From: Nostoc sp. DedSLP01
Lineage (GTDB): Bacteria > Cyanobacteriota > Cyanobacteriia > Cyanobacteriales > Nostocaceae
Assembly (NCBI GenBank): GCA_034530875.2
Contig: JAVRCJ020000014.1
Location: 64,001-128,000 of the forward strand
Length of the DNA: 64,000 nt
Direction: 5' to 3'
This document shows positions 9,863 to 19,800 of this stretch, piece by piece. Under the pieces are notes generated by a model. That model was not told the origin of the DNA, did no database searches, and was given only the letters and a program-made list of their open reading frames with translations. Within the stretch, counting starts at the first letter, position 1, and every line of letters starts with the position of its first letter. Both the position numbers and the translations under genes were made by a program.

Positions 9863-10195
9863 CTGTCTTCAGATAATTTAGAACCAGAAGCCTTTTCTCA
9901 AGCTGAAATTTCTCAACAAGATAATTCAGAACGCGACCTCGTTTTTGACCGGAGGTTTTTGGAAGACCTTACCTACTGGGTAGAAACAAATAGAAAAACT
10001 GCACTCCGCGTTTTATCTTTAGTTGAAGAGATTAGGCGCAATCCTTTTGAAGGATCGGGTAAGCCAGAAATATTGAGGTATCAAGATGCGAATGTCTGGT
10101 CGCGGCGAATTAATCAAACTGACCGTATTGTTTATGTAGTTACTGATAACAGAGTTGAGTTTATTCAAGCTCGATATCATTATAGCGATCGCTAA
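9863..10195 (+). CDS. yoeB: Txe/YoeB family toxin (start uncertain, upstream of the called TTG at 9959)
   Basis: LVFDRRFLEDLTYW, PFEGSGKPE, WSRRI and QARYHY motifs. Confidence 0.85.
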   Translation: MSSDNLEPEAFSQAEISQQDNSERDLVFDRRFLEDLTYWVETNRKTALRVLSLVEEIRRNPFEGSGKPEILRYQDANVWSRRINQTDRIVYVVTDNRVEFIQARYHYSDR

Positions 10196-10331
10196 CCTTA
10201 TTTTTTATTGTTTGGCACTTTATTTTGATTTGATTATACGCCAGAAGAAAACCTGAAGTGCATTGAAGCCGCAAACGCTTATTTGCTAATATTTCCAGTG
10301 CGACAACATTCAAACAGGGCAACTGGTCATC

Positions 10332-11336
10332 ATGGCAACATCTACAATTGACAATCGAGACGCAGCTGCTATCCAAGCTGCAAAAGAAGGGGTTGCAATA
10401 TACAATCGCACCGCCTGGGGACGCATCAAAGTAGCTGGCGATGACCGACTCCGCTTTTTACACAACCAAAGTACTAACGATTTTCTTTCCCTCAAACCAG
10501 GACAAGGTTGCGATACAGTTTTCGTCACTTCCACAGCTAGAACAATTGACTTAGTAACCGCCTACGTCAGAGAAGATGCGGTCATTCTGCTGGTTTCGCC
10601 TAACCGCCGCCAGTTTCTCATGGAATGGCTGGATAAATACATTTTCTTTGCCGATAAGGTGGAGTTATCTGATATCACAGAATTTACCAACACCCTCAGC
10701 CTCATTGGCCCCGGAAGCGACGCTGTAATTGAAAAGCTGGGTATTGGCGAACTCATCGCTCAACCTTACGCCAATCACCAAGTATACACTATTGCTAATG
10801 CTCAGGGAGTCCGAGTTGCTGTAGGTAGTGGGTTAACAATTCCCGGATATACTTTAACTTTTCCTTACACTGACAAAGCAACAGTGTGGGAGAAACTGTT
10901 AGCAGCTGGCGCAGTAGAGATGAGCGATCGCGCTTGGGATATGTTGCGAATCTTACAAGGACGCCCCACCCCAGACGCAGAACTCACCGATGATTACAAC
11001 CCTCTAGAAGCTGGCTTGTGGCAGACAATTTCTTTTAATAAAGGTTGCTATATCGGGCAAGAAACCATTGCCCGGTTAAATACATATAAAGGTGTAAAAC
11101 AGCACTTATTCGGTGTTAAACTCAGTGCCCCTGCGGAAACTGGTAGTGCGATCGCCATTGGAGATGAAAAGGTCGGCAAACTTACCAGTTATACACAAAC
11201 TCCTGATGGTGATTTTGGATTAGGTTATATCCGCACCAAAGCTGGTGGTGTGGGCTTAAAAGTTAAAATTGGAGAAACTGAAGGCGAAATAGTAGAAATT
11301 CCATTTGTTTCTCACGAATACCCAGAAATTAAATAA
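10332..11336 (+). CDS. ygfZ: YgfZ/GcvT-like folate-binding protein
   Basis: KGCYIGQE signature. Confidence 0.92.
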   Translation: MATSTIDNRDAAAIQAAKEGVAIYNRTAWGRIKVAGDDRLRFLHNQSTNDFLSLKPGQGCDTVFVTSTARTIDLVTAYVREDAVILLVSPNRRQFLMEWLDKYIFFADKVELSDITEFTNTLSLIGPGSDAVIEKLGIGELIAQPYANHQVYTIANAQGVRVAVGSGLTIPGYTLTFPYTDKATVWEKLLAAGAVEMSDRAWDMLRILQGRPTPDAELTDDYNPLEAGLWQTISFNKGCYIGQETIARLNTYKGVKQHLFGVKLSAPAETGSAIAIGDEKVGKLTSYTQTPDGDFGLGYIRTKAGGVGLKVKIGETEGEIVEIPFVSHEYPEIK

Positions 11337-12261
11337 AAATATCTTCTTGCTGTTCGTATCTGCTACCTTGACAAAATTCATCTACCCAGGAAGCTACACT
11401 CCGGGCGTTAGTGCTGCGTATTATACGAAGTTTGGTTTTAATTTCTTGTGGTGTATTAATATCCTGGGTATTTTTAGAAACTTCGGTAGTAATTACGAGC
11501 GATCGCCCTGGTTTATCTGTAGTAATAGCTAGCGATGGCTGCGCCAACGTCTTCGACGAACGCATTGGTTTGCTGTGACTGGAAACTTCAGCGTTCAATG
11601 GCACAGATGGCATGGTTTTGGCTTTGCTGTTCGCCTGGGAGTTAATTGTCAGCGTTGTTCCTGAAGGTGTGCGATCGAGCGTCAACTTTACTGCTTTATT
11701 TTCCCTGAGTAAACTGGAATCTGGCTTGATTGAATGTAACCCTTTTACAGAATTATTGGCAGGCATCTTAGTAATAACTGCGACTAATGTCCCAGATTTG
11801 GATCTGCGATCGAGTTCGGTAATATCTGTAAATGATGTTACAGACTGCTGTAAGCGTAGCAAATCTGAGTCTAGTGTATTCACAGAAAAATCAGGCACAA
11901 CCTTGGTCGGAGTTAACACCAATGGTACAGCTTTATTCTCATCAGAAAAGTTATCTTCTAACGGCTCACTTTCAACTTTGTTTTCTGATTTGATTAAACG
12001 TAACTCTTCATCAGGATTAAAGTTGAGACCTAAAGCTGCGACTATTTTATCGGGATTATTATTTAAATCCATGATAAAAGCAAGCATCTCATCAAACTGC
12101 GGTTCTAAAACAGACAGCGTTGCCAAAATAAAACCAGACGAAGGACGCCGCAGGCCATCATAAGTAGCCCAAATTCGCATTTTAACCAGCCAGGAAATAT
12201 TTTGCTCGTAGTAACTCAGCCACTTCTGTTTTAAGGATTGACGCAGTTGCTGGATATTCAT
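11329..12261 (-). CDS. DUF5331-like cyanobacterial hypothetical protein
   Basis: N-terminal WLSYYEQN...RRPSSGFILATLS...ALGLNF followed by a low-complexity tail. Confidence 0.75.
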   Translation of the reverse strand: MNIQQLRQSLKQKWLSYYEQNISWLVKMRIWATYDGLRRPSSGFILATLSVLEPQFDEMLAFIMDLNNNPDKIVAALGLNFNPDEELRLIKSENKVESEPLEDNFSDENKAVPLVLTPTKVVPDFSVNTLDSDLLRLQQSVTSFTDITELDRRSKSGTLVAVITKMPANNSVKGLHSIKPDSSLLRENKAVKLTLDRTPSGTTLTINSQANSKAKTMPSVPLNAEVSSHSKPMRSSKTLAQPSLAITTDKPGRSLVITTEVSKNTQDINTPQEIKTKLRIIRSTNARSVASWVDEFCQGSRYEQQEDIFI

Positions 12262-12435
12262 CTAATGCCTCACTTAGGTCAAACAATTTTGTATTTTGCG
12301 AAAAGTTAGAGCAGAGGTTTCCGACGCTCGCGGACTCGCTAAGGCTACGCTATCTATAGACGCTTTGCGGCTTGCCGCAGGCATCAAAACTTTGCAAGAC
12401 GGATTTTAGATTTTGGATTTACCCTACCGATAAAC

Positions 12436-12570
12436 CAATACGGTTCGGTTAACGTGTTTATTTCTCGAAGATCCCCCCAACCCCCCTTATAAAGTGGGGC
12501 TTACAACCCTCTTTTACCCCCTTTTTAAGGGGGTCGCCGTAGGCGGGGGGATCTTAACCGAACCGTATTG
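12436..12570. mobile_element. MITE with perfect 17-bp TIRs and near-duplicated 10-bp target
   Basis: caatacggttcggttaa ... ttaaccgaaccgtattg; flanks accgataaac / actgagaaac (8/10). Confidence 0.8.
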
Positions 12571-12656
12571 ACTGAGAAACAGGTAGGGCTGGAGGCTCAA
12601 AAGACACTTGATGGCTTGCTAACATTTGGCAGCGAACAAGAGTGCAGACTTTATTT

Positions 12657-12983
12657 TTAGGAATGAAAACGATGATAGAGCATTTGTTTGACTCTTTGAC
12701 CGCCTAACAAATGCTGTTCTACCAGTAGAGATACTTCATCGGGCTGAACGCCGCTATACCAGATTACATCGGGTAATACCAGCACCATCGGCCCATTGCC
12801 ACATTGTCCCAAACAGCTGCTAGCTATTACTGTGACGCCGGGAATTGGTAAAACCTTAAAAGCTGCTAAAACTTTAGCAGCGCCTTGCTTTTTACAAGTG
12901 CGATTTTGGCAAACCCGCACGCATGTAGGAAAAGAAGGTTGGTCTATTGTGAAAGAGTCTGATGGTTGAGTGATGTTTGTCAT
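12657..12983 (-). CDS. Thioredoxin-like [2Fe-2S] ferredoxin
   Basis: CQNRTC...CLGQCGNGP...WY. Confidence 0.88.
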   Translation of the reverse strand: MTNITQPSDSFTIDQPSFPTCVRVCQNRTCKKQGAAKVLAAFKVLPIPGVTVIASSCLGQCGNGPMVLVLPDVIWYSGVQPDEVSLLVEQHLLGGQRVKQMLYHRFHS

Positions 12984-13184
12984 TGGTCATTGGTCATTGT
13001 TTATGGGGCATTGGGCATGGGACATTGGGAATTGGAAATGCTAACTGTTAATTGGGGACTGGGAGTGCTGAGTGCTGAGTTCAGAGTTAGGAGTTAAGAG
13101 TTATTATTCTCCCCACACCTCCCCATCTCTCTAGTCCCCTTGTCCTCTTCCTATGCCCAATGCCCAATGCCCCATGCCCAATGC
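12979..13184. repeat. Short tandemly repeated repetitive (STRR) heptamers
   Basis: gtcattg, ggcattg, tgctgag and atgccca tandem units. Similar tracts at about 29830-29920, 48874-48985, 59078-59170, 60263-60320 and 60843-61005. Confidence 0.85.
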
Positions 13185-14159
13185 TTAATCTACTAAAAGC
13201 CCTTTTGCAGCTAACCATTCGGGGTTGAATATGCGCGACTGATAGCGAGAACCGCTATCACATAAAATGGTGACGATGGTATGTCCCGGGCCTAACTGTT
13301 TGGCTAGGGCAACAGCAGCCCCAACATTAATACCCGTTGAACCACCCATTAACAAGCCATCTTTTCTCAATAGCTGATAAACTACCCGCAAAGCTTCTTT
13401 GTCGTCGATTTGGATAGCGTCATCCGCAGGTGCGCCTTCCATATTTGCTGTGACTCGACCATTACCGATGCCCTCGGTGATGGAATTTCCTTCCATTTTG
13501 ATTTCGCCAGTTTTGACATAGCTATAAAGTCCACTACCCAAGGGGTCGGCAACAACGCATTTAATGGCCTGATTTTGTTCTTTTAAGTACATCGCTACAC
13601 CAGCAAAAGTACCGCCAGTACCAGTTGCAGCTGTCCATGCATCTATTTTACCATCTGTCTGTTTCCAAATTTCTGGCCCTGTGGTTTCGTAGTGGGCGCG
13701 GCGGTTGGCTAAATTATCAAACTGATTTGCCCAAATGGCGTTTTCTAATTCTGCGGCTACTCTACCAGATAGCTTGACGTAGTTGTTGGGGTCTTTGTAG
13801 GGTACGGCTGGGACGGGACGGACTTCTGCTCCCAAGGCTGTCAATGCGTCTATCTTTTCTTGTGATTGGGTATCAGGGATGATAATTAGGCATTTGTAGC
13901 CTTTGGCGTTGCAAATATGCGCTAGTCCAATGCCGGTATTACCAGCAGTTCCTTCGACAACGGTACCGCCAGGTTTGAGTAAACCTTTCTCTTCTGCGTC
14001 TTGGATGATGTAAAGTGCGGCGCGGTCTTTGACGGAACCGCCAGGATTGAGAAATTCTGCTTTACCAAGGATTTCGCACCCTGTTTCTTCACTAAAGCTG
14101 TTTAAGCGAATCAAAGGTGTGTTACCAACAGCGCCGACGAAGCCATCTTTAATGTCCAT
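13185..14159 (-). CDS. cysK: Cysteine synthase
   Basis: KAEFLNPGGSVKDR PLP-lysine motif; GTGGT. Confidence 0.93.
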   Translation of the reverse strand: MDIKDGFVGAVGNTPLIRLNSFSEETGCEILGKAEFLNPGGSVKDRAALYIIQDAEEKGLLKPGGTVVEGTAGNTGIGLAHICNAKGYKCLIIIPDTQSQEKIDALTALGAEVRPVPAVPYKDPNNYVKLSGRVAAELENAIWANQFDNLANRRAHYETTGPEIWKQTDGKIDAWTAATGTGGTFAGVAMYLKEQNQAIKCVVADPLGSGLYSYVKTGEIKMEGNSITEGIGNGRVTANMEGAPADDAIQIDDKEALRVVYQLLRKDGLLMGGSTGINVGAAVALAKQLGPGHTIVTILCDSGSRYQSRIFNPEWLAAKGLLVD

Positions 14160-14328
14160 TTTGACTCTACCTATATTTTCTTCTGTTTTCTTCTATAAAA
14201 ATTTTGGCTTATAGCGGTGGCACGATTGACACATCTCCAGAAATAACCATAAAAGTTGCAAACCAGTGCGTAAAATCCCATACTCAAGATGTATCCAGTA
14301 TTAATCCCAATGTTTGCTACAAAGCTAA

Positions 14329-15168
14329 ATGTACAACTATAATCAGTCTTCTTTTTCCTCTCAGCCTTCCACTACTGGTTCGTTGTCAATCCAGCGCGGA
14401 AATTACTTCAACTATGTAGTGCCAAGTGGTTGGCGAGTGGTTGAGGATGGACAATTTGCCGTTGTCCTATGTTCCCCAGACAATGCTGCTTTGACAATTA
14501 TGGTAGGAAATTCTGGACTGCCAGTGAACTATAACCCTGGGCAGTTTGTTTACGAGAAGCTGTTGGCAATGCAGCCGTATCAATTGCTCTTGGGTCAGCC
14601 CCGCCAAGCTCAACCGATCGCTGGATGTTCGGTTGCTTATGAGTTTGATTGCACGTATATATACAATGGTATCCCCTGTCAAGGAATAGCCAAGTGCAGC
14701 GTCGCATATAGCTATAACCTGTGTACGATGGTGATGACTTGTGCAGCATCCCACCAATCGCAGTGGGCTAATTATGCCTCATGGTTGCCACAGGTAGCAT
14801 GTCAAGTTGCGGCAACGAATGGAGCAGCCTTCGGAATGCAAGGAATTATGGCGCAAAATATAGACATTTCAGTTACCGAAGGGCAAAGGCAGACGGAATA
14901 CCGCGAATGGTCTAAGCGTACATGGGACGAGGTAAGCCGCCAACGAGGTGAGTTTATAGACCGTCAAAACTTCCAGTTTCGTGAGAACTTGGGCAATGTA
15001 ACAACTTGGACAAATCCTTACGGTTATCCAACTGTCGAGTTACCAACAGACTACAACTACTATTGGATAAATCGTCAAGGACAAATATATGGTACAAATA
15101 ACCCCGGTGAAAATCCGAATGTCGGCTCAACTCAAGATTGGATAAGGATGAATCGGTATCTACCCTAA
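14329..15168 (+). CDS. Hypothetical protein (Tyr/Cys/Gln-rich)
   Basis: 279-aa ORF; no family recognised. Confidence 0.7.
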   Translation: MYNYNQSSFSSQPSTTGSLSIQRGNYFNYVVPSGWRVVEDGQFAVVLCSPDNAALTIMVGNSGLPVNYNPGQFVYEKLLAMQPYQLLLGQPRQAQPIAGCSVAYEFDCTYIYNGIPCQGIAKCSVAYSYNLCTMVMTCAASHQSQWANYASWLPQVACQVAATNGAAFGMQGIMAQNIDISVTEGQRQTEYREWSKRTWDEVSRQRGEFIDRQNFQFRENLGNVTTWTNPYGYPTVELPTDYNYYWINRQGQIYGTNNPGENPNVGSTQDWIRMNRYLP

Positions 15169-15200
15169 ATCTTGCTGCGTTCCCAATGTTGCGATCGCTT

Positions 15201-15839
15201 CTACCAAACTTTACTCATATTTAAAACAAACCCAGGTAATACAGGTTCGCCGCTAACAGTCGCGGGATTTTCTAGACATTCCTCTGGTATACCAGGACGA
15301 TAAATATAAACTCGGCGATGCTTGCGGTCAATCAAAAAGCCTAGCTGTATTCCTGGCTCCCTCATATATTCCTCCATTTTTTCTTTCAAGCGTTGGAGGT
15401 TATCAGAAGGCGACCTGAGTTCAACTACAAAATCTGGACAGATGGGGGCAAATCTTTGCTGTTGTTCTGGAGAAAGAGTATTCCACCTTGATAGTTGAAT
15501 CCAGGAAGCATCGGGAGAACGCTCTGCACCTGTTGATAGTTTAAATCCCGTGCTCGAAGAAAAAGCAATGCCTGTTTGGTCTTCGTCCGCCCAGTTCATT
15601 AACTGCTGAGTTATTCTAGCATCTCGGTTACCTGTTTCTGAACCAGTGGGCGACATAATTGATATTTCTCCAAATTGATTCCGCTCAATGCGTAAGTCAC
15701 GGTTCACCTGACAAAACTCAAAAAATTGCTCGTCTGTCATTTGCATTGAGGGGGGAAATTGCACAACTAAAGGGGATGAAAGCACGATGGTTTCCTCCAG
15801 GTTTTGCTGTTTACCCAGCAGATTAATTCCATAGTACAC
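15201..15839 (-). CDS. Uma2 (DUF820) family endonuclease; start may be about 20-30 codons downstream
   Basis: RSPDASW, PDFVVELRSPSD and VLPGF motifs. Confidence 0.92.
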   Translation of the reverse strand: MYYGINLLGKQQNLEETIVLSSPLVVQFPPSMQMTDEQFFEFCQVNRDLRIERNQFGEISIMSPTGSETGNRDARITQQLMNWADEDQTGIAFSSSTGFKLSTGAERSPDASWIQLSRWNTLSPEQQQRFAPICPDFVVELRSPSDNLQRLKEKMEEYMREPGIQLGFLIDRKHRRVYIYRPGIPEECLENPATVSGEPVLPGFVLNMSKVW

Positions 15840-16135
15840 ACGTTCCTGTCCTATCCAAATCCATACTGCTATAAATAAACAATTTGAGGCAGTTGTAAGA
15901 TGATATCAAGTCCAATATATAATCGCTTTTTTGGTGAGGTTATTGTTACTCTGCAAGTGTCTCTACAAGGGGCGATCGTTTTTGCGATCGCATTTCCATT
16001 TTGTTCGCAATATCTGTTTTACTAGGGGCGATCGCCTCTGCTACAGTTTCCCCGAAGTATAAAAGCTAGTTGCTTCTATCATCTCCAGCGATCGCGGCAT
16101 AATAAAAACTAAACCTTAAAATTCTGAAGTAGGCA

Positions 16136-16414
16136 ATGAATACTACCGATAATTCTCCGATGGATGATGGATCGTCAGCAGATTTGATTTCTGTCGCAGA
16201 GTTACAGCAACAGCTTAATGACTTACTCCAGCAACTATCTCCAGAACGATTACGGGTGCTGACTGATTTTGCTGCTTATTTGGCAAATGCTGAAAGCGAA
16301 GCTGCAACCCAAGAACTTTTGGCAATTCCTGGATTGTTAGAGCGAGTTAAGCAAAATCAAGTAACGCCTAAAGCCCAATACACCCCCTGGAGAACTCTTC
16401 GCTCTGATGTATGA
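16136..16414 (+). CDS. Putative antitoxin
   Basis: Acidic helical protein overlapping the downstream RelE-type toxin; ATQELLAIPG motif. Confidence 0.75.
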   Translation: MNTTDNSPMDDGSSADLISVAELQQQLNDLLQQLSPERLRVLTDFAAYLANAESEAATQELLAIPGLLERVKQNQVTPKAQYTPWRTLRSDV

Positions 16415-16670
16415 AGTTATTCTTCATCCCGATGTACAAGAAGTTTATGTCAATGCTGACAGAGCTTTTGCTAAGAAAATTGCCCGATGTTTGCAGCAGC
16501 TAGAACAAACTCCTCGATCGCACCCCAACATTAAAGCCCTGAAGGGAGATTATACAGGTTACTATCGCTACCGAATCGGGGATTACAGAGTCATTTATTC
16601 TATAGACGATGAAGTTGTGCAGGTACTTGTTGTGGCGATCGCTCATCGCAGTCAGGTATATAAACCATAA
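16407..16670 (+). CDS. RelE/ParE family toxin
   Basis: IKALKG...YRYRIGDYRVIY...IAHR. Confidence 0.9.
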   Translation: MYEVILHPDVQEVYVNADRAFAKKIARCLQQLEQTPRSHPNIKALKGDYTGYYRYRIGDYRVIYSIDDEVVQVLVVAIAHRSQVYKP

Positions 16671-16672
16671 AG

Positions 16673-16701
16673 GCGATGCCTGCGGCGGGCTACGCCTACG
16701 C
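16673..16701. repeat. 21-nt small dispersed repeat (SDR5-like) inserted in a HIP1 site
   Basis: GCGAT[gcctgcggcgggctacgccta]CGC. The paralogous repeat copy at 15984 has the uninterrupted GCGATCGC. Confidence 0.75.
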
Positions 16702-16880
16702 ATTTCCATTCTGTTTACAATATCTGTTTTATTAGGGGCGATCGTATTTCCTGGATTGTGGAAATATCAGAGGCGATAGATTTACGAGATGCTTAAGAGA
16801 TGCGATGAATCGCGTCTTTACAAGAGATTGCTGCTTCTACATTTCGCTTATGTTTTGGTTGGAGGAAGTATTTTTCTTTC

Positions 16881-19800
16881 CTACTCTCCATCTTTCACTT
16901 TCTCTTGTTGATGCCAAGCTTGATAAAAAGCGGGGTAGGGCATAATTTGAGCGCACTTCCAGATAATTTTGTAGCAATTATCAAATTGCTCAAAGCCATT
17001 TTTGTAAGTTTCAGGTGATAGGTAATCTTTCAATGCGGTGACAACACTCGGCATCTGTTCTTCTAACATAATTTGCCCTAAGCTTGATGCCACTCTCGTT
17101 AGGGTATCATCATACAGTCGTAGTTTGCCGATTAACTCCACTAAAGCAGAGATCGCTTTTTGATTGCCACAGCCAATTTCCCCTAAGCTAGATACCGCTT
17201 GTCTTCGGGTATTATCATCCAGTTTTGGTTTGCCGATTAACTCCACCAAAAAATCAATCACTTTTTGGTTGCCAGAGCCAATTTTTCCTAACCTAAATAG
17301 CCCTAGCCTTCGGATAGATTTATTCAGTTGTGGTTTGCCGATTAACTCCACCAAAGCATCAATCGCTTTTTGGTTGTCAAAACCAATTTTCTCTAAGCTA
17401 AATAGCGCTTGAATTCGGGTAAGATCACCCAGTTGTGGTTTACCGATTAACTCCACCAAAGCAGAGATCGCTTTTTGGTTGCCAGAGCCAATTTCCCCTA
17501 ATCTATATGCCGCGAGGCTTCGGGTACGATCATCGAGTTGTGGATTGCCAATTAACTCCACCAACGCAGTGATTGCTTTTTCTTTGCCTGGGTCAATTTC
17601 CCCTAAGCGTTCTGTCGCTTTCGTGAGGGTATCATCATTCAGTTGTGGTTTGCCGATTAACTCTACCAAAACATCAATCGCTTTTTGGTTGCCAGAGCCT
17701 ATTTTTCCTAAGCTTTCTGCCGCTTGTCTTCGGGTATTATCATTCAGTTGTGGTTTGCCGATTAACTTCACCAAAGCATCAATCGCTTTTTGGTTGCCAA
17801 AGCCAATTTGCCCTAAGCTTTCTGCCGCTTGGCTTCGGGTATCATCATCCAGTTGTGGATTGCCGATTAACTCGACCAAAGCAGCGATCGCTTTTATGCG
17901 ATTTGTCTGAGATAGTGCTGTTTCTGCTCCCCATGCAATTGATCTGAAAAATTGTACCCATTCGTTTTGCTCAACCTCAAACTCGCCAAAGCCGCATTTA
18001 ACGATTTCCTTCACAATAGCATCTGTGTTGCCAGAATTTTTCCACTCATCAACCCCCGCAGCAGCGAGAAAATAAGCGCGAAACTCGTAAAATCCTCTTC
18101 TGACTCTATCAATAGCTCTGTATTCTCCGCACCCATCATCAAATTTCACTAACGCCTGAATAAACTCTTCCTTCTCTTCCCTCTCCACATCCTCACGTCC
18201 CAGCCACAGCAAAATCACCTCTTTCCACTGCGGGGCAAAAATGCGATAAACGCCTAGCGCGGGGTTGTCGGGAACATGATTCAGAAACTCGTGCCAATCA
18301 GCGATAGCTAACGCTGCAAAATATTCCTCAAATGTGGTGTGGTAAAAAGCGTAAACTTTCTCTTTCGTTGCTGACTCCGCAGCTAGTCCAACTTCATTTA
18401 GCCATCCCAACTTTAACGCTAACCAAAATAAAGAATTTGGCTGTTTTGCATCGCCTAATTCCTCACGCACAAACTTATGTGTTAGCCGAAACCGTGACGT
18501 TTCTTGATCGATTGCCTTTTTTGCCAAACGTCCCAACGCAGCATTTAATTCTTCTTGCTGCTGTTCGGTGGTAGGGAAGCGATTTTCTTTCCACTTGTAA
18601 AACTCTTCGACAAACTGCTGATAAAGTCCGGCTTTAGTTTCCGGTAAACCTTTATCGGAACCTTGCCAAGTGCTACACAACAGCGCCAACCGCAAAGGAT
18701 TTTTTACTAAATCTTGGATGCGCTGACGTTCAGGTTTATCTAATTCCTGCCATAATCTTTCGCCTTTGTCTGCATCCCTGTTGTGAAACCAATGCCCGAT
18801 AAACTCTTGTACTTGTTGGGGATATTCAAAATTGAGTAACCGATACGTCTCGAAATTTTCTAAAGCGCCGGCGTTTGCTTCCCAAACATTCACGCGACAA
18901 GTCAGCACAACCCGCGCATTTTTCACCCATCCCGCCAACTGTTGGGAAATCTCAGTTAATGGTTGGGGTGAAGACATTTCATCTGCTGCATCCAACAACA
19001 ACCACACACGATTATTTTTGAATAAATCTGCTAAAGTCTTTTTCTCTTCTTCTGTTACATCGTCTACTGGTTCTAAAGCATCCTCCAGCCAATCTTGCAG
19101 CAGATAATCCTTTACACTCTTGCCTTGCAAGTCTGCCAAAGAAATCCAAATTGGTAAACCCAGATTGTTGTTTAATATCCAAAAAGCTATAGTTTGCAAC
19201 TGAGTAGTTTTTCCCGCACCTGGTTCTCCAATTAAAGCGATGTGGTGTCCTTGAGTTTTACCAACACCATCACGGATAATTTGCTCTAAAAAAGCCTGAT
19301 GTTCAAATCGCTGCTTCTCTTCATAACTCGGTTCGTAAAGTCGGGAACCTTGTTCTGCGGAAATATTGTCGCTGCACTTCTTCGGTTTTTTACGTTCCAC
19401 CAATGCTAAAGGGACATGAATTTCCTCTAGCTCAAATTTCATCTCATCATCAGCAAACAGCAACTCATTTGTAGTGAGACGCTTGTGCTTTTGCAGCATA
19501 GCACGGCAGATGCCTTGCCATTCAACACCTTGAGATTTTTCTTTCGCAGTCTTGGGAACTTTAGCAGAGTTATTTTTTTGAGCTTCTCGGCATTTATCCC
19601 ATTTCCCATCTTGCTTAAACAACCACTTGAGGTTTTCTTGTTTATCGATGCTGGGAAACTTGAGCGCAAAACGCCAAACTTTTGAGTTTGTTCTAGTTTT
19701 GGCGTTGGTTTGTTCTCGTTTATCCTCAATAATTTTCAAGCTTATCAGACAGTTAAGCGCATTCCTAATTTCTTCAGCCTTTAAGCTCTGTGTCAGTTCT

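Larger units (their letters stand above)
15989..16744. repeat. 46-bp imperfect direct repeat (15989-16034 and 16699-16744) flanking a TA pair
   Basis: cgcatttccattYtgttYRcaatatctgttttaYtaggggcgatcg, 4 mismatches. Confidence 0.85.

Noticed and set aside
17085..17895. Diversity-generating retroelement target or template
   Set aside because: No reverse transcriptase is in the window and differences between repeats are not restricted to adenines.
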